Positions 29,807-38,928 of a stretch of 64,000 bases of DNA are shown here, one piece after another; the first letter of the stretch is position 1, and each line of letters starts with the position of its first letter. This stretch comes from an uncultured Candidatus Saccharibacteria bacterium. GTDB lineage: Bacteria; Patescibacteriota; Minisyncoccia; Phycocordibacterales; UBA2100. Both the position numbers and the translations under genes were made by a program. The stretch lies in assembly GCA_964437185.1 (NCBI GenBank), contig CAYTFU010000002.1:41296-105295 (forward strand). Direction: 5' to 3'. Below the pieces are notes generated by a model, which was not told where the DNA came from, ran no database searches, and saw only the letters and a list, made by a program, of their open reading frames with translations.

Positions 29807-30055
29807 ATGTTGACGAACAAAGATATAGACAAGATGATAAAGGTTTTCGCTACTAAGGAAGACATCCGGAGCGTCACCGATAGACTCGACAGGCTGGAAT
29901 CCTTGGTTCGCGGTCTTCTAACTGGGGTGGACAAACTCGCGACGAGTGTCGACAAATTGCTTTTGGAGTATGCGGCAGTCAGCGAACAACTTACGCGCCA
30001 CGAGAGGTGGATCAAACAAATCGCAAAAAAGTCTGGCGTGATGCTCGCGGACTAG
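29807..30055 (+). CDS. small coiled-coil protein, family copy P1 (82 aa)
   Basis: paralogous to 60378..60653 (shared EYAAV..QL.RHE.WIK.IAKKSGV) and weakly to 53139..53399. Confidence 0.7.
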   Translation: MLTNKDIDKMIKVFATKEDIRSVTDRLDRLESLVRGLLTGVDKLATSVDKLLLEYAAVSEQLTRHERWIKQIAKKSGVMLAD

Positions 30056-30094
30056 CAGTGCATTAGACTTGATTCTTTTCTATAAAAAGTAGAC

Positions 30095-30165
30095 ACTCGC
30101 AAGTGCAAAATCTGGGCCGAATCGGAAGGGGAGGGCAAAGGCTCCACCTTCATTGTCGAACTTCC
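30095..30165 (+). repeat. HK 3'-end copy 2 (encodes KIWAESEGEGKGSTFIVELPAA*)
   Basis: in-frame pseudo-C-terminus of histidine kinase with conservative changes V>I, T>A and TAG>TAA. Confidence 0.7.
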
Positions 30166-30207
30166 CGCAGCTTAAAATATCGACGATTTTCTGCTATCAT
30201 AGGTCGC

Positions 30208-31143
30208 ATGACACGCCTTTTTACTGGCCTCCAGCCATCTGGATCGCTTCATATTGGCAACTATTTTGGCGCACTGAAGCAGACCGTCGAGCTTCTTCGA
30301 GACGCGGACGGATTGGTGATGATTGCGGATTACCATGCCCTCACGAGCCTCAAAGATGTACCCGCGCTTCGAAAAAATATTGGAGATGTGGTGCGCGATT
30401 ACGTGGCGGTGGGAGTTGATCCAAAGAAGGCGGTGATCTTTCAGCAGTCCTCCGTTTCGGCGCACACTGAGCTCGCATGGATTTTTGATTGCCTCGTCAC
30501 AGTTCCATTTCTCATGCAGGCCCACGCATACAAAGATAAAGTAGCAAAAGGATTGGAGGCCAACGCCGGCCTCTTCACATATCCCATGCTCATGGCTGCG
30601 GATATATTGCTCTACGACACCGACGTCGTACCCGTGGGCGCCGACCAGAGGCAGCACGTCGAGTACGCGCGCGAGGCCGCGACAAAGTTTAACAACGCAT
30701 TTGGCGAGACGTTTAGAATTCCGCAAGAAAAGATTCTTGACTCAGTCGCAATTGTGCCTGGTACCGATGGCAAAAAAATGAGCAAGAGCTATGGCAACAC
30801 TATCCCGCTGTTCGGTACTAAGGACGAAATCCAAAAAGCGGTGATGAGCATCGTTACCGACTCAAATGCAGAGAGCCCTGAAAACGTATACAACATTCAC
30901 CGACTTTTTAGGAGGAGGGAGGAGCTTTCCGTACTTTACACAGAGAACAAAGGGAAATATAAGGCTCTAAAAGACGCGCTCGTCGAGGATATTGAAGGCA
31001 TGATCGCCCCGATGCGCGCGCGACGCGAGAGTCTTACCGATGAGGATGTGCGGGCGATTCTTAAGGATGGGGGCGATAGGGCGCGTGAGCAAGCCGACAA
31101 AAAAATGTCTATTATTCGCCAAGCGGTCGGCGTGGCAATATAA
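30208..31143 (+). CDS. trpS: tryptophanyl-tRNA synthetase
   Basis: start ATG 30208 (MTRLFTGLQPSGSLHIGNYFG), KMSKS present. Confidence 0.9.
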   Translation: MTRLFTGLQPSGSLHIGNYFGALKQTVELLRDADGLVMIADYHALTSLKDVPALRKNIGDVVRDYVAVGVDPKKAVIFQQSSVSAHTELAWIFDCLVTVPFLMQAHAYKDKVAKGLEANAGLFTYPMLMAADILLYDTDVVPVGADQRQHVEYAREAATKFNNAFGETFRIPQEKILDSVAIVPGTDGKKMSKSYGNTIPLFGTKDEIQKAVMSIVTDSNAESPENVYNIHRLFRRREELSVLYTENKGKYKALKDALVEDIEGMIAPMRARRESLTDEDVRAILKDGGDRAREQADKKMSIIRQAVGVAI

Positions 31144-31166
31144 CGATTTACGAAACCACTAATTTT

Positions 31167-32573
31167 ATGGCAAGAACGTTCATCAAGGATTTGCAAAACG
31201 CTGTCGACACGACGGTACTCATCAAGGGCTGGGTGTCGGTGCGGCGAGATCAAGGCAAGATGGTCTTTTTCGATTTTCGCGATATGACAGGCACGGTACA
31301 GGGCGTCGTCCTGCCGGGAAGCGCAGCGATAGAGATTGCAAAAAACACGAGCCGCGAGAGCGTGGTCTACGTGACGGCTGAGGTCAAACAACGGCCTGAA
31401 AAGAATAGACAACACGGTAAACAAAACGGCGACATTGAACTGGTCGTTACCGAACTTACCGTGGAGAGTCCGTCGGCGGTCCTGCCGTTTGAGGTTAATG
31501 AAGATACGTTTGGCATCGGGGAAGAAACTCGGCTCGAACACCGCTACCTTGATCTCCGAAGCGAGCGCATGCAGCGCAATCTGCGCCTGCGCAGCGAATT
31601 CGTGCGACGCTGTCGAGACTTTCTTTTTGAAAATTTATTTACAGAAATCGAGACGCCGCTTCTTACCGAATCTACTCCCGAAGGCTCTCGAGATTTCGTG
31701 GTGCCCTCGCGCCTTCATCCAGGCAAATTTTATGCGCTGCCGCAGTCGCCGCAACAATACAAACAATTGCTTATGGTAGGCGGCTTCGAGCGCTATTTTC
31801 AAATCGCGCGAGCAGTGCGTGACGAAGACCTGCGGGCGGATCGAGGATTTGAGCACACCCAGGTAGACATTGAGATGTCTTTTGTCGACCAGGAAGAGGT
31901 CATGCAGACGATAGAAGCGATGATCACGACCTCGGTGGAGGCGATGGGATTTACTGTGAAGCAAAAACCATTTCCTCGCCTTACTCACGCCGAATCAATG
32001 GAACGATATGGAGCCGACAAATTTGATTCGCGCACAGAGGAGGAAAAGAAAGAGGGGATACTTGCATTTGCGTGGGTCTATAAGTTTCCTTTCTTTGAAA
32101 AAACTCCTGAGGGCGGATGGACCTTTACACACAATCCGTTTTCAATGCCTATTGCCGAGCACATAGACAATGTCTTGCAAAAGAAAGACATTGGGGAAAT
32201 CTTAACGACGCAATACGATCTTGTGTGCAATGGATTCGAATCGGGTGGGGGCAGCATACGATCACATCGAGCCGATATACTGCGCGCGACCTACGAGATT
32301 ATGGGGTATTCGGAGAGCGAGACGGACGAGCGCATCGGGCACATGCTTCGCGCGTTTGAGTACGGCACGCCGCCACACGGCGGCATTGCGATTGGCGTCG
32401 AGCGCATTATCATGAATCTGACAGGGGAGTCGTACCTGCGAGAAGTGCAGGCATTTCCGATGACGCGCGGCGGCCAAACGGCCGTTATGAGCGCCCCGAA
32501 GCCGCTCACGAAAGAGCAGCTCGCAGAATTGCATATCTCAATTCAACCAGATAAGAAGCATGGAACGATTTGA
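31167..32573 (+). CDS. aspS: aspartyl-tRNA synthetase, GAD-domain-less form (468 aa)
   Basis: LPQSPQQYKQLLMVGGFERYFQIARAVRDEDLRADRGFEHTQVD motif 2; segment where bacterial GAD insertion sits is absent. Confidence 0.85.
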   Translation: MARTFIKDLQNAVDTTVLIKGWVSVRRDQGKMVFFDFRDMTGTVQGVVLPGSAAIEIAKNTSRESVVYVTAEVKQRPEKNRQHGKQNGDIELVVTELTVESPSAVLPFEVNEDTFGIGEETRLEHRYLDLRSERMQRNLRLRSEFVRRCRDFLFENLFTEIETPLLTESTPEGSRDFVVPSRLHPGKFYALPQSPQQYKQLLMVGGFERYFQIARAVRDEDLRADRGFEHTQVDIEMSFVDQEEVMQTIEAMITTSVEAMGFTVKQKPFPRLTHAESMERYGADKFDSRTEEEKKEGILAFAWVYKFPFFEKTPEGGWTFTHNPFSMPIAEHIDNVLQKKDIGEILTTQYDLVCNGFESGGGSIRSHRADILRATYEIMGYSESETDERIGHMLRAFEYGTPPHGGIAIGVERIIMNLTGESYLREVQAFPMTRGGQTAVMSAPKPLTKEQLAELHISIQPDKKHGTI

Positions 32574-33285
32574 GGTTGCTACGCCTACATTTGCAGGCCC
32601 CTTAGAGGCGCTGCTCAATCTGATCGAGGATCGGAAGATGGCGGTATCAGACATATCACTTGCCGAAGTCGCCAATTCGTATCTTTCCTACGTCGAAAAA
32701 CTCCCGGAACTACCGCTTGCCGAGACTTCGCAATTTATCCTCGTCGCATCGACACTGCTCCTCATTAAATCGAGATCACTTCTTCCAACGCTTGAACTTT
32801 CCGAAAGCGAGCGAGAAAGCGTGGAAGAGCTCGAACGAAGGCTCGCGCGCTACGCGCTGTACCGCAATGCCGCAAAGACTCTGCGGCAGCATTGGATGAA
32901 GCGACCCTTTCTTTTCGCGCAACGAGCTCCTGCGCGCAGCGCTGTATTTAGTCCGGCCAACGCGGCGCGTGATACGATACGTGCGGCGGCCGAGCGGTTG
33001 ATCCACGTACTTCCAAAGCCAGAATCGCTTGCCCGAGCCGCCGTAGCACCTGTGCTCGCGCTGGAGGAAGTAGTGACGCATCTCAAGCAACGACTTTCCG
33101 CCGCGTTTAAAGCTCGATTTAGCGAGCTTACAGGATCGCGGCCGAAAGCCGAAGTGATCGTATACTTTTTGGGAATTCTCGAACTCGTACGATCGGGTTC
33201 TGCAAGCGTTACGCAGGATGCACTTTTTGAAGATATGATGATCGAAGTCGAGGGAATGGCTTCTACGCCACAATATGGGATCTGA
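32560..33285 (+). CDS. scpA: segregation and condensation protein A
   Basis: FAGPLEALLNLIEDRKM...LVASTLLLIKSRSLLP. Confidence 0.85.
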   Translation: MERFEVATPTFAGPLEALLNLIEDRKMAVSDISLAEVANSYLSYVEKLPELPLAETSQFILVASTLLLIKSRSLLPTLELSESERESVEELERRLARYALYRNAAKTLRQHWMKRPFLFAQRAPARSAVFSPANAARDTIRAAAERLIHVLPKPESLARAAVAPVLALEEVVTHLKQRLSAAFKARFSELTGSRPKAEVIVYFLGILELVRSGSASVTQDALFEDMMIEVEGMASTPQYGI

Positions 33286-33865
33286 CGAGACGCGCACACT
33301 ATCCAACAAAATTCACGCCTTTTTGTTTAATGAAGGCGGGACTTTGACATTAAAAAAACTCATCCGGCTTACGAATGCGAGTGAGGCGGCGGTGCAGCAG
33401 GCGCTCGCAGCGCTCGCAGCGCAACTCGAAGGGACTGGATTAGCCCTCGTTCGCACCGACATGGAAGTAACACTCGCAATCGACGGCGCGACATCGCTGA
33501 GCGTTACGGAGGCGCTTGGCCGCGAGCAGAGCAGCGACATCGGCGATGCCGGACTCGAAGTTCTCGCAATACTGCTCTACCGCGGGCCTTCTACCCGTGC
33601 GCAGGTGGATTATATTCGCGGCGTCAACACGAGCTCAACAATGCGCGCGCTTCTTTCGCGCGGTCTGATCGAGCGCAGCGGAAATCCCGAGGATGGCCGC
33701 GAGTATCTCTACAGACCGACTGTCGATCTTCTTACGCACCTTGGCGTTCGCCATACAAGCGAACTTCCCGAACGCGAACGCTTTGCTGCAGAGATTGCCC
33801 TTTTTGAATCATCACAGCCCGCAATCAGCGATTCGTCAGGGACTGAAAATGCAGATACTGCCTAA
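33275..33865 (+). CDS. scpB: segregation and condensation protein B
   Basis: two winged-helix repeats (LEVLAILLYRGPSTRAQVDYIRGV). Confidence 0.85.
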   Translation: MGSDETRTLSNKIHAFLFNEGGTLTLKKLIRLTNASEAAVQQALAALAAQLEGTGLALVRTDMEVTLAIDGATSLSVTEALGREQSSDIGDAGLEVLAILLYRGPSTRAQVDYIRGVNTSSTMRALLSRGLIERSGNPEDGREYLYRPTVDLLTHLGVRHTSELPERERFAAEIALFESSQPAISDSSGTENADTA

Positions 33866-33868
33866 TCT

Positions 33869-34858
33869 ATGCCACCTCAAGACACCGAATCACCAGCATC
33901 GCCCGAAGATCCAATAGTTGCGCCTGGCGTTCGACCAATCCACAAGTATGCCGGTCTCGTGCTGATCTTTTTGCTATTCATCGCGAGTGCATGGTTTACC
34001 GCGACGTTTCTTTCGGATTCGCCAGGACCGATTCAACAAGTCGCCGCAGCGGCGATCCCCGATCCGTTTGATTCGGTAATGATAGAGGCCGAAAGTGCGT
34101 ATGTGCTCGACCTGAAGACCGGACGAGTGCTGTTTTCAAAAAACGCCGACGCTCAGCTTCCGCTCGCCTCGCTCACCAAGGTCGCGCTCGTCCTTGCGGT
34201 GCGCGACGCGCTCGCGGACACATCTCTTTTGATTCCTGAGCACGTTACTCCCGACGGCGCCCCGATCCGCCTTCCCTCACAGTGGCGCTTTGATGCGAAG
34301 GACGTCATGGACTTTACGCTTGTCGCATCGTCCAACGAAGGAGCGGAAATTCTTGCGAGCGCGGCTCGCGAGAGCGTGCGGCTCCGTTACCCACAGGCGT
34401 CACCACTACAGCCGGTCCTCTGGAGAATGAATGATATTGCTCAAAATCTAGGGCTTGCACATACGTACTTCTTGAACGTCACGGGCCTCGATCTGAGCGC
34501 CACGCAAGCGGGAGCGTACGGTTCAGCACATGATATGGCACTTCTCTTTGGGCATGCGGCATCCACCTCGGCGCATACGTTTGAACCCACGACCAAAGAC
34601 GAGTTGCAAATCAGGGCACTTTCGGGGCAATTGGTAACCGCGGAAAACACCGATTCTGCCTTGCCAGTCATACCTGGGATGATAGTGGGAAAGACGGGGT
34701 ACACTGATCTTGCGGGAGGGAACCTCGCCGTCGTGTTTGAGATAGGTCCCGCGCACCCTATTGCCGCTGTGGTGCTGCGCTCGACGCAAGAAGGTCGTTT
34801 TTCCGACATTGAGAAACTTATTACCAAAGCACAAGAAGCCATTGCCCTTGGCCACTAA
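33869..34858 (+). CDS. serine-type D-Ala-D-Ala carboxypeptidase (S11, PBP5/6-like)
   Basis: SAYVLDLKTGRVL...LASLTK (SxxK) active site. Confidence 0.75.
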   Translation: MPPQDTESPASPEDPIVAPGVRPIHKYAGLVLIFLLFIASAWFTATFLSDSPGPIQQVAAAAIPDPFDSVMIEAESAYVLDLKTGRVLFSKNADAQLPLASLTKVALVLAVRDALADTSLLIPEHVTPDGAPIRLPSQWRFDAKDVMDFTLVASSNEGAEILASAARESVRLRYPQASPLQPVLWRMNDIAQNLGLAHTYFLNVTGLDLSATQAGAYGSAHDMALLFGHAASTSAHTFEPTTKDELQIRALSGQLVTAENTDSALPVIPGMIVGKTGYTDLAGGNLAVVFEIGPAHPIAAVVLRSTQEGRFSDIEKLITKAQEAIALGH

Positions 34859-34863
34859 ATTTT

Positions 34864-35928
34864 ATGCTGACCACATCGATCGTAATTATCCTCATTCCCG
34901 CTACAATCGCATTTATCGCGGGCATGCTTGGCGCGCCGATACTCATTAATTACCTCTACGCACAGAAGGCGTGGAAAAAAAAGGCGGGTAAGCAAGCGCT
35001 TGATGGCAACATTGCGCACGAATTTAATAAACTTCACATCCACAATGAGGTACGAGCGCCTCGCATGGGCGGGATTGTAGTGTGGGCGAGCGCGACCGTG
35101 ACGATCATGATGCTCTCGCTGCTTTCATACCTTTTTCCAAGCCCCGTCACAAAAGAACTCGATTTCTTAAGTCGCGGACAGACCTGGATCCCGCTCGCGA
35201 CCCTCCTAATCGGCGCGTTCGTGGGACTTATCGACGACCTGCTGGTGATACGGCCGTCGGGCGAGGGCTTGCGGCTGCGATATCGGCTGATAACCGTCGT
35301 TGTGTTATCTACCTGCATCGCATGGTGGTTTTGGGCGAAGCTCGGGGTGACGGCGATCAACATTCCTTTTTCTTCACCTCTCGAAATTGGCTGGCTGTTG
35401 ATACCATTTTTTGTTTTTGTGTCTCTCTGCCTCTACGCCTCAGGGGTTATTGATGGGGTTGATGGCCTTTCGGGGGGCGTATTCGCGACTATTTTTGCTT
35501 CTTACACGATTATTGCATTTGCTCAAAATCAAATCGACCTCGCGGCGTTCACGGCGTCGATCGCGGGTGGTCTCCTCGCGTTTTTGTGGTTTAACGTTCC
35601 TCCCGCGCGATTCTACATGAGCGACACCGGCACGATGGCCCTCACCCTCACGCTCGGGGTTGTCGCGCTGATGACAGACAATCTCGGGGAAGGGATCGGT
35701 ATTGCGGTGCTCCCGATTATCGGGATGCTCCTTGTCATCACCGTGCTTTCAGATATCGCCCAAGTTATTTCCAAAACATTTTTTGGGACCAAGCTGTTTC
35801 GCATCGCTCCGCTCCACCACCATTTCGAGGCGATCGGTTGGTCGAGCGCCAAGGTGACCATGCGATACTGGATTCTTTCCGTTATGTTTTCGTTTCTTGG
35901 CGTAATCCTCGCACTGCTCGCCATCTAA
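34864..35928 (+). CDS. mraY: phospho-N-acetylmuramoyl-pentapeptide transferase
   Basis: RAPRMGGIVV, GLIDDLL, VDGLSGG motifs, 10 TM. Confidence 0.85.
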   Translation: MLTTSIVIILIPATIAFIAGMLGAPILINYLYAQKAWKKKAGKQALDGNIAHEFNKLHIHNEVRAPRMGGIVVWASATVTIMMLSLLSYLFPSPVTKELDFLSRGQTWIPLATLLIGAFVGLIDDLLVIRPSGEGLRLRYRLITVVVLSTCIAWWFWAKLGVTAINIPFSSPLEIGWLLIPFFVFVSLCLYASGVIDGVDGLSGGVFATIFASYTIIAFAQNQIDLAAFTASIAGGLLAFLWFNVPPARFYMSDTGTMALTLTLGVVALMTDNLGEGIGIAVLPIIGMLLVITVLSDIAQVISKTFFGTKLFRIAPLHHHFEAIGWSSAKVTMRYWILSVMFSFLGVILALLAI

Positions 35929-35955
35929 GCGCAACGGGGGTGGTACTATTTCGGC

Positions 35956-37053
35956 ATGCGTCAGGGGAAAATCGATAAACCACTACTTCTTCTTCTCATT
36001 GTACTGGTACTTGGGGGCGTCGCTATTTTTGCTTCTGCCGCGTTTGGACTTCTCGCGAGAGGTCAAGACGGAATGAGTTCGGTGGCCTTCAACCACCTCG
36101 TGCTGGGCGTGGGCCTCGGCATGGCTGGACTCGCCGTATTCGCGCACGTGAATTACCGCCACTCCAAACCATACGCGCTACACCTCTTTGCGTTCACCAT
36201 CTTCGGCACCGCGCTCGTATTCATTCCGCAAATAGGCTTCTCTCATGGCGGTGGCACGCGCTGGCTCGACATCTTCGGACTCTCAGTTCAACCCTCTGAG
36301 GCACTCAAGCTCGGGGCAATTATCTTCACTGCGGCGTATTTTTCAGGAGCCAAGGGCCGTGCGGAGTCGCTCACGTGGGGACTCGGCGGTTTTTTTGCAA
36401 TCATTTCACTTCCGACCCTCATACTACTGTTACAGCCCGACATCGGTACGCTCATAATCGTGTGCATGCCTATTTTTGTTATGTACCTTCTCGCTGGCGC
36501 TCGCCTTCGACATGTGGCGATTGCGATTATTGTGGCGCTTTTGTGCTTCGGCGCCATCTTGATTGTAAAACCGCACGCACGCGCCCGCGTCACGACATTT
36601 CTCAACCCTGCCCAAAATCAACTTGCCTCGGGATACCAAATACGGCAATCCCTCATCGCCATCGGATCGGGTGAATTTCTCGGCCGTGGGCTCGGGCAGG
36701 GCGTGCAGAAATTTACTTACCTACCGGAGCCAATGGGGGATTCAATTTTTGCCGTTGCGGGTGAGGAATTTGGGTTTGTGGGCGCTACCACCATCGTGCT
36801 GCTTTTCTTGGGGTTTGGACTTCGCGGCTTCGGAATCGCAGCCCGCACGAGCGACCTCTTCGGGGCGCTGCTCGCTGTCGGCATTTCGACCTACCTTGTC
36901 GGTGAGGCGTTCATCAATATCGCCGCAATGCTCGGCCTTGCACCCCTTACAGGAGTCCCACTAACCTTCGTGAGCCAGGGAGGGAGCGCCATGCTCGTTT
37001 CCCTTGCCAGCGCGGGTATTCTTCTGAGCATCTCTCGAAATCAGAGAAAATGA
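35956..37053 (+). CDS. ftsW: SEDS-family peptidoglycan glycosyltransferase FtsW/RodA
   Basis: 10 TM, FtsW/RodA/SpoVE signature near C-terminus (PLTGVPLTFVSQGGSA). Confidence 0.85.
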   Translation: MRQGKIDKPLLLLLIVLVLGGVAIFASAAFGLLARGQDGMSSVAFNHLVLGVGLGMAGLAVFAHVNYRHSKPYALHLFAFTIFGTALVFIPQIGFSHGGGTRWLDIFGLSVQPSEALKLGAIIFTAAYFSGAKGRAESLTWGLGGFFAIISLPTLILLLQPDIGTLIIVCMPIFVMYLLAGARLRHVAIAIIVALLCFGAILIVKPHARARVTTFLNPAQNQLASGYQIRQSLIAIGSGEFLGRGLGQGVQKFTYLPEPMGDSIFAVAGEEFGFVGATTIVLLFLGFGLRGFGIAARTSDLFGALLAVGISTYLVGEAFINIAAMLGLAPLTGVPLTFVSQGGSAMLVSLASAGILLSISRNQRK

Positions 37054-37118
37054 GCCAACAGGTTGTGCACCGTACAAGCTTGACGATATGACATACAATG
37101 TATATCATACAGACATCC

Positions 37119-37382
37119 ATGAAGTTCTTTGAATGGGACACCCGAAAGAACGAGTGGCTTATTAAAAATCGTGGGATCTCGTTTGAGATGTGCATCACGT
37201 GCATAGAGCAAGGGCACCTGTTGGCCGACACCTACAACGAACCGGCCCGTCCGCTCCAAAGGGTGTTTATTATCAACATTGAGGGATATGCGTATAAGGT
37301 GCCATACGTAGAGGATGAGGAGAAGATCTTTCTCAAAACAGCCTTCCCAAGTCGAGACGCAACGAGACAGTATCTGCGCTAA
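37119..37382 (+). CDS. brnT: BrnT-family toxin (DUF497, RelE-like RNase)
   Basis: MKFFEWDTRKNEWLIKNRGISFEM N-terminus typical of BrnT. Confidence 0.75.
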   Translation: MKFFEWDTRKNEWLIKNRGISFEMCITCIEQGHLLADTYNEPARPLQRVFIINIEGYAYKVPYVEDEEKIFLKTAFPSRDATRQYLR

Positions 37383-37400
37383 ACATCGCATAACACAAAT

Positions 37401-37664
37401 ATGAAGCCAAAAAATAACGTGCGACTAACCAAAGAAGAGCGGGAGATGGAGGCCGCATTTGCACGCGGAGAGTACAAGTCCATGCCGAATTTTAAAGCAG
37501 CGAAGACGCAGTATGAGGCTGCGGCACGTTATACGCTCACAAAAACACGCACCATCACGGTACGCATGACCGAGCGTGACATGATGCGACTCAAAGCAGC
37601 TGCCGCCCGCGAAGGCCTGCCGTATCAGACGCTCATTACCTCCATCCTGCATAAGCATGTGTAG
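37401..37664 (+). CDS. brnA: BrnA-family antitoxin (RHH/CopG-like)
   Basis: small basic protein immediately downstream of brnT, C-terminal ribbon-helix-helix-like (RMTERDMMRLKAAAAREGLPYQTLITSIL). Confidence 0.7.
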   Translation: MKPKNNVRLTKEEREMEAAFARGEYKSMPNFKAAKTQYEAAARYTLTKTRTITVRMTERDMMRLKAAAAREGLPYQTLITSILHKHV

Positions 37665-37697
37665 GATTTAAGCTCTCGCTCGTGATAAAATGACCCG

Positions 37698-38840
37698 ATG
37701 CGTATAGCACTTGTCGGCGGGGGATCAGGGGGGCATTTTTACCCCCTCATAGCGGTCGCTGAGGCGATAGAAGACATTTCTAAAGAGAGGACACTCCTCG
37801 AACCCGACCTTGTGTACATTGGCCCGCCCGCTTTCGACCCGCAATCCCTCCTTGAACACGACATCCAATACGTGGCTGGAAGCGCCGGACCCATCCGAAG
37901 GTACTTTAGCGTGCTCAATGTTTTTAGCGTATTTTTGAATGCTTTTGGCATCATTAGATCGACGATGACCCTTTTCCGACTCTATCCGGATGTTATTTTC
38001 TCAACAGGGGGATTCGCAGCGTTCCCCACGCTTTACGCTGCACGCCTCCTCCAAATACCGGTCGTTATTTACGATGCCGATGCCTCGCCCGGGAGAGTTT
38101 CCCTCTGGTCGGCGAAATTTGCGCAATGGATTGCAGTGGCGCATCCTGATGCCGCAAAGCAATTTCCAGAAAAGACGCGATCAAAGGTTGCTCGCACGGG
38201 CCATCCGATCCGCAAAGAGATTGTTGAACCATCCAAGCAGGGAGGTCACGAGTTTTTAAAACTTGATCCCGCCGCCCCGACCATCTTCATCATGGGCGGC
38301 TCGCAGGGCGCGCGCGCGATCAACGAAGCGGTGCTCGACGCACTCCCGCAACTCGTGACGCGGTACAACGTCGTCCACCAAGTGGGATCCGCGAATCTCG
38401 AAGAGGTGAGCGGCATCTCCTCCGTTTCGCTCAAAAATTCAAACTTTGCCAACCGCTACAAAGTCTTTGGGCTACTCAACGTCCTCGCGATGCGCATGAC
38501 TGCGGGCATCACTTCCGTCGTCGTGGCTCGCGCGGGGTCCGGAACAATTTTTGAAATTGCGAGCTGGGGCATACCCGCGATCATTATTCCGATTCCAAAA
38601 GACGTGTCACACGATCAGCTGGACAACGCGTTTTCTTATGCACGCGCAGGAGGTGCGGTGGTTATCGAACAAAATAACCTTTCGCCTCATCTTCTCATTT
38701 CCGAGATCGACCGCCTGATGAGCGATCCCGAGCAGCGGAGCTCTATGACAAACGCTGCTCGCGCCTACGCGCGCCCCGACGCAGCTCGCGCCATTGCGAC
38801 CGCGCTTCTTGAGATTTCTATTGAGCACGAACCGGCCTGA
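37698..38840 (+). CDS. murG: undecaprenyldiphospho-muramoylpentapeptide beta-N-acetylglucosaminyltransferase
   Basis: MRIALVGGGSGGHFYP N-terminus, GT28 architecture. Confidence 0.9.
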   Translation: MRIALVGGGSGGHFYPLIAVAEAIEDISKERTLLEPDLVYIGPPAFDPQSLLEHDIQYVAGSAGPIRRYFSVLNVFSVFLNAFGIIRSTMTLFRLYPDVIFSTGGFAAFPTLYAARLLQIPVVIYDADASPGRVSLWSAKFAQWIAVAHPDAAKQFPEKTRSKVARTGHPIRKEIVEPSKQGGHEFLKLDPAAPTIFIMGGSQGARAINEAVLDALPQLVTRYNVVHQVGSANLEEVSGISSVSLKNSNFANRYKVFGLLNVLAMRMTAGITSVVVARAGSGTIFEIASWGIPAIIIPIPKDVSHDQLDNAFSYARAGGAVVIEQNNLSPHLLISEIDRLMSDPEQRSSMTNAARAYARPDAARAIATALLEISIEHEPA

Positions 38841-38928
38841 TCCGCGACAAAACTGACATGAACCTTTCCTCACATATCATCTCTACAAACCACAACATGT
38901 ACATCCGAGCAAGCATATGGAGCGGGTT

